Assembly: GCA_043228905.1 (NCBI GenBank)
Contig: JBHGNT010000001.1
Coordinates: forward strand, 30,938,001 to 31,002,000
Direction of reading: 5' to 3'
DNA from: Azolla caroliniana
Taxonomy: Eukaryota; Plantae; Polypodiophyta
DNA: 64,000 bases
The translations under genes were made by a program, and so were the position numbers. This document shows, one piece after another, positions 13,742-25,754 of the stretch; position 1 is the first letter of the stretch; the number at the start of each line of letters is the position of its first letter. The notes under the pieces are model-generated. The model searched no databases and was not told the DNA's origin. It saw nothing but the letters and a program-made list of their open reading frames with translations.

Positions 13742-14935
13742 AGTGATATCACTTTGGCTTCCGGTACATCTTTTATTTTCGGATACAATGATATGAATTT
13801 CTAGCTCCTTCTGCTGTTACGCCAATTTGTACACTCTACACGTTTCAGGATTTACAATCCTTCACCAATTATGCCATTGTTTCTGATCAAAATAAAAAGG
13901 AACGTACTCAGGATGGAAAAGAAACAATTTTTTCTTCCATGATTTTTTACGAAGCGATCCCCATTGTTTGTGACAAATCCTACACAGAGACTGCAGTCAA
14001 TAAAGAGAAACATACTCGGGATAAATAAGAAACAATTTTTCGAAGGAGATTGGTTCTTCAAAGGAAATTGTAGAACGACAGGAACTCGGCTGTCATAGAA
14101 TACCTGGCCAAATGCCTTTCTTTCTGCTTCTTTATGAGACTTCCTGTTTTTTCTTTTGCGATGCTTCCTGCTTTCCTTTCTGATTTCAGATTCGATGCTT
14201 TCTACTTTTCAGATTCTTTCTTTGGTCTACGTTCTTTCATAGAATCCTTCTGCTGCGTTTTTCCCTTCAGAATCGCGCCCGCTTAATCGGTCTGCGAGGA
14301 GGAGGAGGAGAAGAAGAAGAAGAAGAAGAACGCGCAGTCGGATCGCGGCGTCTGAAGGAAACCCTAGCCACGCGTGACGGAAGGGAATGGATATGGATTT
14401 TTTCTTTCTGACTGTCTGCTTTGTTGTCTTCTTCTTCTTCTTCGGGAACGTGTGTTTTTCTTAAGTCGTCGTTACTGTTATATATTTTCGTTTCGTTAGT
14501 CACCACTTCTTCTTCTTCTTTTTATGGAGGCCAAAATATTTACAAGACCATGCCCTTCGCTTCCCTTCCCTCTACTCGAATCGCATTGCATTTGCACGAT
14601 GCTCTATCCGAACTTCTCAATAATTACCGTGCTACCCTCTTCACAACGCTTACCTCCCCTCCCACCCATCGCAGAATGAATGCAAAAGAGAGAGAGAGAC
14701 AGTCAATAAAGGCCAAGAGAAGAGAAACCCACCACAAAACTGCGTTATGATTCTATACTTTGTATAGTACTTTAAACAAACGTTAATCGATGAAATAATT
14801 ACACTTTTATGCTTTGGTAATCAGGTTCAAGAGGAGAAAACTAGATTATGGGTGGGGGTTCCTTGTCAGGTGAATTCACTTAAGCCTCCCTTCCAAATCG
14901 ACATGAATTCCACTATCTCGACCAATTTGAGGCAT

Positions 14936-14972
<37 letters not shown>

Positions 14973-14973
<1 letters not shown>

Positions 14974-15060
14974 ATTAGCTTAGCCTAGTGGTAAGTTGTC
15001 TACACTACTAGCATTACACCTTGGGTTCAAAACCCAATTTTCTCACCTCTTTATTACACT
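14973..15060 (+). mobile_element. tRNA-like head (SINE remnant or tRNA pseudogene) between (CT)n tracts
   Basis: A-box TAGCCTAGTGG at 14981-14991; T-arm/B-box TTGGG-TTCAAAA-CCCAA at 15021-15037; no recognisable anticodon arm. Confidence 0.5.
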
Positions 15061-15084
15061 GTATATATCTCTCTTATTTCTCGC

Positions 15085-15119
<35 letters not shown>

Positions 15120-15916
15120 CCCCCGTACAATTGACTATTCTTTAGGTGTTGTTATTTAGAAATTAGTATATTATTCTAAAAATAAAGTTTTATAAATCTA
15201 GTAATCCTCTTTCCTACAATTTCATTCATTCGTACATATACTAAATAATTGCCATGGATTTTTATAAAGAATATGCTTTTGGATCCCAATGTATCAATTT
15301 TGATTCAGCACATGCTTTATCTTTTTCAAAGCAATATAAATGTTTCTCACCAAAAGTGATTTCGTACCCTCTCTCTCACTCTATTTGTTTTGTAAATAGT
15401 AATTTTATTAATTACAACTTACAAGATGTATAGATATAGTAGATGGAAGTACGATATCAAGTGAACCCCATTTCATTCCCCTCTATATCCCTCATCACTT
15501 AGTGCTATATCTATTTGTCTAGAGTTTCATAACAATGCTCTATGGAAGAACTTGATTCATATGTGTTGATAAAATGTAATTGATGCACTGCAGAGACCCA
15601 CCAACATGACCAATGAAGATTGCGAGAATCGTGATCAACTTGTTGTGTTAAATATATGATTCCACTTGTCATATAACATCTACTTCTCAGTAATGGATTA
15701 CTGCAAAAGGAATACTACATCAGCCAAAGTGTACTAATTGATGGATATTGCATGAGATTCAAAAGAAAGAATCGAATTTGACCTCAACCTACATAAATGA
15801 AGTCAAAAAAAGTTGTATGACACATACAAAAATGCTACATCAATCAATGTGTGGTAATAGATGTAGAGATAACATGAGATTCAAATGAAAGAATCAAATT
15901 TGACCTCCACCTACAA

Positions 15917-16900
15917 TTTTTTTTTTTAGTAACACTTTTATTACTAGTGGGAAACCTCAAAGTGAGGTGAAAACCCACAAAGAATAAAGAAAAATATACA
16001 AGTGTCACTTAGACACTAAAGAGCTTAAAAGCACTCAAAAGCAAATGTTGTAAATTTGGAGTGTGATGCCTCTAAGTTGTAGACAATCAAATAGAGATTG
16101 CATGAGGGATTGCTTAAAGAAGTTAACTTCATGTAGTTGGTTTTGATCAAAGACCTTATTATTGCGGGTTGTCCAAATGGTCCAAAGTGCCCAAAATCGT
16201 GTCCATTGGAGAAAATAGGCATTGTCGGATAGGGCGCATGGAATTTGTCCAAATATCCAAAAGTGTTTACCAAACCTTCAGCTAGGAAATCTGTGATAAA
16301 GAGATGCACTTAGTCTTTGTACAAATGTTGTAGTGAATGACCTCCACCTACAATCAGTAGTTGAAAGGGCTTTGAAGAGTTTGAACTTAGAGGTGTGAGT
16401 CATGGTGCTCATGTACACATTGTCAAGCTCAAGGGACACGTTATACATAACACTCAATGAGGCACATTTGCATTTCTCAATGGTGTTAAAACGGTTCATA
16501 GTTATTCACACTCATATAAAAGTCGACTTAATATCTCTACGATGATGAGTGCACATTATTGAGAAGCACATATTTGTGATCGACTCACTAAGGATTCTCA
16601 CAAACTCGAGTCAAAGTAATAGGCAAGGGCAAAGCAATATAGAAGAGTTGTTAAGGGAAATAATTTCATATTCTTTAGTTTTAACAACCTTACGAGGCTT
16701 AATAATTCCGATCCATAGTAGTCGTCATAATCTAAATGTATACAAGAAGCATGGTCATATTGTAATATGTAGGGAATTACCCTTTATTGGGCATGAATGG
16801 TTAATGCTCAATGGGCTAGCTACTCACAATTTTAATGTAATACTTTATTTGATTCAATGTAAATGAGTTAGTATGTTAGGATTGACTATACAATCCACAT
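15917..16900 (-). mobile_element. Degenerate L1-type LINE 3' end with poly(A) tail
   Basis: Minus-strand frame LQWTRFWALWTIWTTRNNKVFD (~16145-16210) matches the L1 C-terminal W.IW..RN..VF pattern. 3' UTR hairpin 15947-15978, AATAAA 15937-15942, poly(A) 15917-15927. The 5' boundary is approximate. Confidence 0.7.
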
Positions 16901-17559
16901 AAATATCCTCCGGATTTACAAATTTTCACACCACAACTTGCATTTTTAAAGCTAAAAGGAAAAATTACTTAATGCTCCTAGAATAGGAAAGATGACCTAG
17001 GAGACGAAGAGAGTATTTTCCGAGGATGCGAATGTGTGGAGAAGTTTGATTAGTAAGTTTACATTGTTAGAATGCTACTTAACTAAGCTATAAAAAAACT
17101 AGGTAATACCCTACACTCATGTCAACATTTAAAGCTTAACAATAAAAATGATAACGCTCAAACCTTAAGCAAACCTTGAGCACCAACTTCACATAACCAT
17201 CAATTCAAGAATGCCAATTCCCAAGGGAGAACTACAAGTACAACTTCAGCCCATCAAAACTCTAGTTTCCCCAGTCTAGAGAAGGAAACATGCAATACAA
17301 AAATCACCACACCTTGGTAATGATAATAGCAAGTACGACAAATTTAGTAGGTTAGTACCAAAATTTAGAAGAAGAGGGATACCTACTTGAACTACATGTA
17401 CAACTTCAAATAAATAGCTCATATGCTTGTGAGCCGAAGTTATTTGTTCGAAGAACATGCAATACAAAAATATACCAAACCTTGGTAAGGATAATACCAA
17501 GTACACCCTCTCTTTTTCCAACAATGGTTTATATTATGTCTAAAGTGATTTACGTGATA

Positions 17560-18700
17560 TTCAGCATAGATTTTTACCTTTTCAATTGCTCATAGACTAC
17601 CATTGACATACATAACTCCCAAACCAGTACCAAGAACAATTATACATAGCCACATGCCTCATATCGGTGGAGGAAATACCTAGAGAGGTAGCTGATACCG
17701 CCAACATATACAACCATTAACCATGTAGAATACATTCATCCTTTCCCATTGGTTCTTAACAACCTCTTTCTTTCAAAAGACTACATCTAAATTACCCTTG
17801 ATAGCATCATATTCTCCTTTTAGTGTGTGCACCAAGGTCAACCAGATCTCCTTGACTACATCCACAACATTCCATTGAATTTGCTGAAATATCCTTTGAC
17901 ATCTACTGGTCACAAAACTCGTAACATTATTGAACTAATCGTCTCCCAAACCACCCCATTATCTACTAAATTAATAGGCATACATGGCGACACTTCCTCA
18001 ATATATCAACCTTTTGTATATAATGCAAAGTTAACATTTTCTTTTTCATAATATTGTACCTTGCCCTTAATATCAACCCACATCACTACCCCCCACCCCC
18101 CCCCCCAAATTATATACTCTAGAGCCATATACCTCATGCAAGAGACATAATAACCTTTTCCAAGCCAGTTTAGCAACCATACATGACCAAAATAGGTGAA
18201 GAAGAGACTTCATCTCTAATCCACAAAAATCATACATCTCATCCATATCCTTACAATACATCCAAACCCTAATAGAAACCGCATAATGAACAATCAACCA
18301 TCTAAATAGAATAATCTTCTTTGGAATTTGCATAGCCCATAGCCATTTCCAAAATGTGGTCATGCGAGTATGATCAACATTATAACTCAACCATTTTTTT
18401 AGCTGTTGTCGGCCAATGAGGTACCCTACGTCATAACATCTCCCTTCCCAATCAAACCGAATATTGAAAAAACAGAATTAGTTTGACATGCTTCCATTCC
18501 CCCGAATCCCATTCCAATTCACATAATGATTTTTTCCCCACTACCCATAGATGCCACCATGGATGAATAGCATTAGGATCAGGATCAAGGATCCAAATGT
18601 TAACTATCTTAGCTAAAATTCTAATAGGTTTTATTGTAGCCTCAGCCAAACATTCATCTTCTAGGGGGATCATCCCTAATCGTCCATCCTATAGAACATC
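17560..18700 (-). mobile_element. Degenerate L1-type LINE fragment (zf-RVT region)
   Basis: FWKWLWAMQIPKKIILFRWLIVH...DFCGLEMKSLLHLFWSC (ORF 18073-18390), downstream EIWLTLVHTL, multiple frameshifts; boundaries approximate. Confidence 0.75.
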
Positions 18701-19774
18701 ATAACTAAGTAAGAAAGTATCATTATCTCCAAGGGCACGAACCCCAAGTAAAATTTGAAAATAATCCCACCCACTTATGAGAATTAGAATGTATATTATC
18801 CTGCAAGGGTAACTACAACTTCCATAACTCATCAACTATCATATTTCCTCATCTTATTCCTCTATACTCTTGTCGAATAATGTAAGTAGGATTGCGAACA
18901 AAGTGTTGCCACTTACTAAGAGATGAGGCAAAAATGAATCCACTTGAGCCCAATTTAATCTAAGTCTCATCCCAACGTAGACCCTTCATCATCTAGAAAT
19001 TTAAATGCCAAAATTTTAGTATGCCCAGTTTTAGTAGATCAATGCCAAATTTTAGAATAATGGGGATGCGTACTACCACATATATAGCTTCAAATAAATA
19101 ACTTAGGCTTAAGAGTCCAATTCACAGATATTGTGTATCATGTATTCATGTTCATTATTGATGACCAAGACCGAGCTTGTTTCAAACCTTCCATTAAAAA
19201 TGTCTAACAATTTCACATGAGTAAAGGAAGAGTTTGTAACCCACTTTGCAAGACAATGTCCAAAGTCCTTGTAAGCCAGAGTCTTATATCTACTGCATGC
19301 CAACGAGATGCCAAAGTGACAATTAAAGCAGAAGAAGAGGTAATTGAGACACAAGCATAACATACATATGTGCTGATTAAGACGAGGAGCTATTCGGACA
19401 AGGGATGGTCTAAAATCTCGACGGATTCAGATGAATCCGGGGAGATATTCGGTCTCTGATTGGGCGACCAAACGGTAAACCAAGGATGATGTTAAGTCCC
19501 GGTGGCCTTGTAGAGTACTACCACAAGTGTCCCCAATATCTCCCACAAAAAGCGAGTGCAGACCCAACGAGACGAGATGCTGCAGACCAAAGGAAATGCA
19601 TTTGGTCCAAAAGAGAAGAGACCCATTCCTCCACAAAGTGTGTGACTGACGTGTACCCCCCCGCCTCCCCCTTTTAATTCCACTGAAAGAATCGGTGGTG
19701 GTCTCATCTCCTCCTTCAATTTTCCTTCTGTTGTCCCCCCCCCCCGCCCAATCCCCTGCTTCTCTCTCGCGGTC

Positions 19775-20706
19775 ATGGCAGCAGCTTCTGGTTCTTCAAT
19801 CGTCCTCCACAGACTCCGGTTTCCCCGCGTAAGCACACCCCTAACTTCTTCTGAGCGTTTGAATTTGTTCAATCATGTCTAGGCATGGATATATTCATGC
19901 ACATGTTGAAAAATTGGATATTTATATGTGTGCATACACATATATCTATGTGTGTATGTGTATATATCAATCATACATACGTACAAATGCATGCATCTAT
20001 GTATAGTACACACATAACATACATATTTGTATCTGGATGTTTGTATGTGTACATATGTATGCATAATCATACATGCGTGCATACATACATATGTATGTAT
20101 ATTGATGTGCGGATATACACATAAGATGTCAATAAATCAAACGATCATACATATATGCGTACATATGCATGTAATATATCTATCTGTGGATGTACAAATG
20201 CATTATTTTTGGTATTTGTGTATGCTGCTCATGTTTGGATAAGTATTCTGTATACTACTCACGTTTGGATAAGTTTTGTGTACATACATGTGGATGAATG
20301 TACTTATCTAAGTCGCCCGAGGTTGCATTTTCAATTTATACATCTACGTGTGGATGTGTGTGGATGTATGCATTTATATATCACACTCATGTTTGATGAA
20401 TTCTGTCTTTGCCTCGATTGACATTTTTATTTATCTATGTCATCCTACATTGCATTTTTTGTATGTGGATGTATGTGTCATACTTGTACATTGTGAGCTC
20501 TGTATACGATTTTAGGGTTCCTTTAAACACCCAAATTTGGTTTCAAATCTGAAATTAGACCAGAAATAGACTGATGAGTGGATATCTGGATAGGCATGGT
20601 CTCAATAGGACCCGTGACTTTGATGAATATTTGCATATACATGCCCATGTATATAAGAATATGTATGAATGTTAGATCCATCTCTCTTTAAATTCTATAT
20701 CTATAT

Positions 20707-20772
<66 letters not shown>

Positions 20773-23700
20773 ATCTATCTATGCATCAAACATGGATGCA
20801 TGTGTCCACCTTGTATGGGTCTCCTTTATATTTGTAGGTTTTGAAATGATATGTATTGCAGGCAGTGCATACTGATCTTTATTACTTTTGCATTGTTCTT
20901 CTTCAGAATATCAATGGTTTTGGTAAGGGACGATGTAATTTCAAGCTTGGATGGATGCCTTCTGTCAAACCCACTTTCAGATATCTTAATGTGAGGGGGC
21001 GGTCAACATCAACTGCCACCAATCCACCTTCATCCTCTGAGGAATTCAGTGCCAAATATAGAGAAGGTTAATCATTTGAGTTTTTCACATGCAACATGAT
21101 TATTTGTTGTATTTTAACGATTGGCACCCAATTAGGAATGTTTTATTTGCTCATATACATTTTTGCTTTCTCTAGAAAGGCTTAAAAAATTCTCTGAGTT
21201 GGTTGAGGATGTCTTTCGCACAACAATTGACACTGGGCCACGAGGTGCTGTTAGGTTCGCCCAAGGAGTTGAAGCATTCATTACTGTTGGTGGAGAATGG
21301 GCAGTTGAACAATTGCGAGTATGTGCATACTAGAAGGCAATATATTTGCCAGTCAATGAAAGTTGCTTTCAGTTATGTTTATACGGCGTTTTCAGTTTTG
21401 TTTATGTTATATGATACATAGAGTCTGCAATCAGCTGGAACTATAGGTTCAGGTGCACAAATTGGTGTATTGGGTCCTCGTGAACTGCGTAAATTATTTG
21501 AGAGATTGGGTGCTACATACATTAAACTAGGTCAGGTAAGAGTAATACTTGATTCTTTCCTTGGAGATTCCTATCCATCATCAAGTTTGAATCATGCATT
21601 AAAAGTAAATTTTCATATTCAAAAGTAAGGTTAAATTATAACTCTTTTAATGATATTAGTTTATTGCATCGGCACCATCATTGTTTCCTGAAGAGTATGT
21701 GAAAGAGTTCCAGAGCTGCTTGGACAAGACACCACCTGTACCATTTGATCAAATAAAAGAGATTATTACAAAGGATTTGGGCCGTCCTTTGGAGGAGGTT
21801 TATGAATATGTGGATCCTGTACCTCTTGCTTCAGCTTCTATTGCCCAGGTGAAAAGAAATCTCGAAGGGTTAATATTTGTGTAACCACTGGAGAACTCGT
21901 TTAAAATGGCGTTCAATTGGTTGTGTGATATCTTGAGCAAAATCTTTTCATGTATATATGTGAGGTTTGCACATGCATAAGAATATATGTGAGGATCACG
22001 ATTGAAGCTTACATTAGGAACATATAATGAAAAAAGTAAAATTGATAAGGGAACTAGCATCATGGGATTAACTTGGGCAGAATGTGTGAGTAACAAATGG
22101 GATTAGAGAGAGGGTATTATCCATTATATTGCATCAAAATCTAGAACAATATTTTTATGGTTGTGTAATTTCTATCAGTTCTCCTTTTTTTGGTAGCATG
22201 TATTGATTATACATACTTGCAAAATAAGTTTTCCAATAAGCTATCATTTTTCAGCCTACTTTTTGTAACAGGTACATGGGGCCAGGCTGAGAGGGACCAT
22301 GAAAGAAGTGGTTATCAAGGTTTTAAAACCCGGTGTTGGTGATGTATTAACTGCTGATTTAAACTTTCTTTACGTAGCTGCAAGGGTATTGGAGTTTCTG
22401 AATCCTCAAATTAGCCGAACCTCCTTGGTAATAGTACTGCATATCCCTGCAGTGATCTCATTTTAGTTTAGAAATTAGTATATGCTCCATTTTCCTAATG
22501 ACTGTTATAGTTTGGTGCATTATTCTAGGTTGCAATTGTTGGTGACATACGATCTTCAATGTTGGAAGAAGTTGACTTCCAAAAAGAAGCTATCAACATT
22601 GAAGCTTTTAGACAATATCTTCAAAATGCAGGGCTTACGAATCAGGCTACTGTACCTGAGGTTTACAGACATTGCAGCACAAAAAAGGTCCTAACCATGG
22701 AAAGGTTTTATGGTGTGCCACTTACTGATTTGGATTCAATTAGATCCTTAGTACCTAGTCCTGAAGCGACTTTGATAACGGCACTGAATGTGTGGTACAT
22801 TTCTCCCCATATTCTTCTCTTTTATATATATCTATTTATTATTAATTAATCAGGGAAAACTCCAAAGTATGAAATACCTGTGTTTTTCGTCGTTCCAGAA
22901 TACTCCAAATTTTTATTATTTTTCTGGTGCCCTTCATATGGTTGATTCATCCAGTCTTTTCTTTCTATTGGGGTTGATCGAGGGCGTTTATAGAAATAAT
23001 GAAAAGTCATGGGCATTTTGGGAAATAAAGAAAAATTCAGTTTGAAGTTTTTTCGTTCTCACTTTTGAGAGTGTGGTACAATTTCTCCCCATTTATTTCT
23101 CTTTTACTTAATCTTTTGTCACTGTTTAATGCCTTTCGGGTTATAGTCTCTTACATGTCTTATCATCATTCCAAGGGCACCAGCCCCTCTTTCTCCTTCC
23201 CAATAGCTTCAAAGCTTAGTGGAATTGTTCTTTAGAGTGCCAAATATATCTTTCTGTCTACGTATGTGCAATGATAGAGATAATGACGTTATATGTAGGG
23301 TAAAAATAGGCAAGTACACAAGGATGAGTATAGAAATCAGCTCCCACTCGTGCTGTGTTGTCTCGGTATCCAGTTTGATGGTGTTAGTTCCTATCACTCT
23401 ATTCTTCTCCACTTGGTAATGCGAAGATATGGGCTATCAAGGATAATATAGGAATGGAGTGGTGGGGGAGTGGGAGAAAGATAAGAGAGATGGAACCTTC
23501 TGTATATAATGTGTGCGTAATACTTAACGCAAGAGGAGAATGGTTTATTTTATGGTGAACAAACTTCTCTTTTGATCAAAATGGAAGGTAATACTTAACG
23601 CAAGAGGAGAATGGTTTGTTTTATGGTGAACAAGCTTCTCTTTTGATCAAAATGGAAGTAGGCAATCGTTAGTTTAATATATGGGGATACCCAGAATGGA

Positions 23701-25754
23701 TGGGTAGATGAAAAGAAAAGAAAGATGGATCTATGAAGCTTTTATTGAATTGAGTTCTCCAAGCAATCGTCCACGACTCTAATCACAAGTTTGAGACATT
23801 GGATCATGTCTGTCCAGGAATTATGCTGCGTGATATTGAATATTGGCATTAGATATTCATAGGCCTTGACGAAACTTTTCACGATCAAGCCATGCAGCTC
23901 CACCTCTCAGAGTTTTTTATGACCACTACTCATGAAAGGGGCTAAATAATCGATTCTTCGATTAACTTTATCTCTCATATTGTGCTCACCTATAAGAAAG
24001 GGGACTGAGATTGATTCTTGGTGAAACTCCACTTGTCATGTTACATTATGATCACTGCCCATGAGCAAGAATGGGACGAAAGAACTGATTATGATTTGGG
24101 CTTATTAGACATAGTAAGACTGATGTTAAACAATGAAGGATAACCATGACTGAGTAAACTATAAAGGAGAGTGAGAGGATGAAGAGACATAAAATGAGAA
24201 ATGTCACTTCTCTTTTAAACACAAGCTCCCGATATGAGAAATGTCACTTCTCTAATAAACATGAGCTTTATCTATTTGTAGTGTTAAGGTGTCTTCCACA
24301 ATGTTTCATATTCTATCCTATTTGGGTTCATATTTACTCATATTTCCCACCCGTGTGCTCACATTTATTTCCTACCTTGATCATCCAAAAATGCTAACAA
24401 TGACACAAAATGTTTTCAAGTTGAGATCAGTTCTATAGTGTGCTAATTTTCTCTCATGTTTTAGGTTTGGTAGCCTTCTAGCTTGTGAATCCTTTCATGC
24501 TGATGTTCACTCTGGCAACCTCTTGGTGCTTCAAGATGGGCGTGTAGGATTCATTGATTTTGGTAAGGTTCAGTTGCCATCTTCACCAAAACTGACTTTG
24601 GTAGCATTATGTAATGATTGTGTTTGTGAAATAATGCTATAGGTATTGTGGGCCGTATTTCACCAGCCACATGGGCAGCTATGGAAACATTTTTAACATC
24701 TATTGGAAGTGGACAATACAATGCAATGGCCATAGCATTAGTACAGATGGGTGCCACCGATACCAAGGTTGACATTCCCAAATTTGCAGATGACCTTGCT
24801 AAGGTCTTTACAGCTGTTCAGGTGATCATATTTAAACATAGAAATTGACATTTCAATGTTAGAATCAAGATAAGCAAAAGTAATGCTTAGGTTAGGAAAA
24901 ATCTCAAATATACCCCTCATATTAGGGGAATATCAAAAGTATAAGTTATTGTTTAATTCATAACCTTGGTCAAAAAGTAGAAGTACAGTAGTTTATCTTT
25001 TAAAAATGCTGTTAATAAATTTATTATTTGCATCTTATCAGCATCCATTAATGTTTAAGCACTAACCCAACGTTTTAGAAGTATTGGCATGCTATGTCTG
25101 GTGGATATTGTGTTGATAAGCTGAGTTTATACTTTACAATATTGGATGGATTTATATCTTATGAAGCCTTAAAAGTTTCTATGACATTAAACTTATTTTT
25201 GGTGAACATTACTTGTAATCTCTTAAAATTCTTGTACATTATGGTAAGTTTAAAAAATCCAATTGCCAAAACAAAACCTTGAAAATTGATTTGTGATGAA
25301 CTTTTCTTCCTATTCTTTTTTCTTTGATAACAATGAATCTGTTTATAGCACAATGCCTCTTCACCTATTATTTGTTACCTTTAGAACTTGGATTCGGAGA
25401 TCATGGTCACTGCGACAGGCGGAGCTCGGAGTGCAACAGTGGCAGCAACATTAGCTGTTGATGAGCAACAAGTCAATGCTCTTTTCCTTGATGTGGTATG
25501 CTCTATCGTTCTTTCTTAAATTGAGATATTTATACAGTCGATCAATTATTATTTTATTTGTCTTTGTGCATGTATAGATTCGTGTGAGTGAAGCCTACGG
25601 TCTGCGTTTCCCTAGGGAGTTTGGTATCCTTGTCAAACAACTCTTATATTTTGATCGTTACACTCGCTTGCTCGCTCCTGACTTGAATGTTCTGGATGAT
25701 GAGAGGATAATGATATCTACTCGCACAGATAACTATCGTCGCTACAAAGTTTAG
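19775..25754 (+). CDS. ABC1K9: ABC1/UbiB atypical kinase, ABC1K9 (At5g05200)-like, ~12 exons
   Basis: Exons at ~19775-19828, 20907-21067, 21176-21318, 21422-21535, 21660-21848, 22272-22427, 22530-22794, 24465-24562, 24643-24821, 25385-25495 and 25578-25754, read by eye. Motifs TGPRGAVRFAQGV, GATYIKLGQ, PLASASIAQVH, VVIKV, FHADVHSGN, IDFG, FPREFGILVKQLLYFDRY. Confidence 0.9.
20708..20770. repeat. (TA)n microsatellite within a TATG/CA-rich low-complexity first intron
   Basis: Directly visible. Confidence 0.95.
23517..23658. repeat. Two-copy 71-bp tandem duplication in an ABC1K intron
   Basis: gtaatacttaacgcaagaggagaatggttt...gatcaaaatggaag starts at 23517 and again at 23588. Confidence 0.9.

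Noticed and set aside
15540-15720. Faint resemblance to a copia gag N-terminus
   Set aside because: Too degenerate to support; no LTR or PBS seen
19879-20421. Cys/Tyr/Met/His-rich short ORFs here and at 30034-30550, 31742-31933, 36013-36255 and 37890-38075
   Set aside because: Translations of microsatellite or low-complexity DNA
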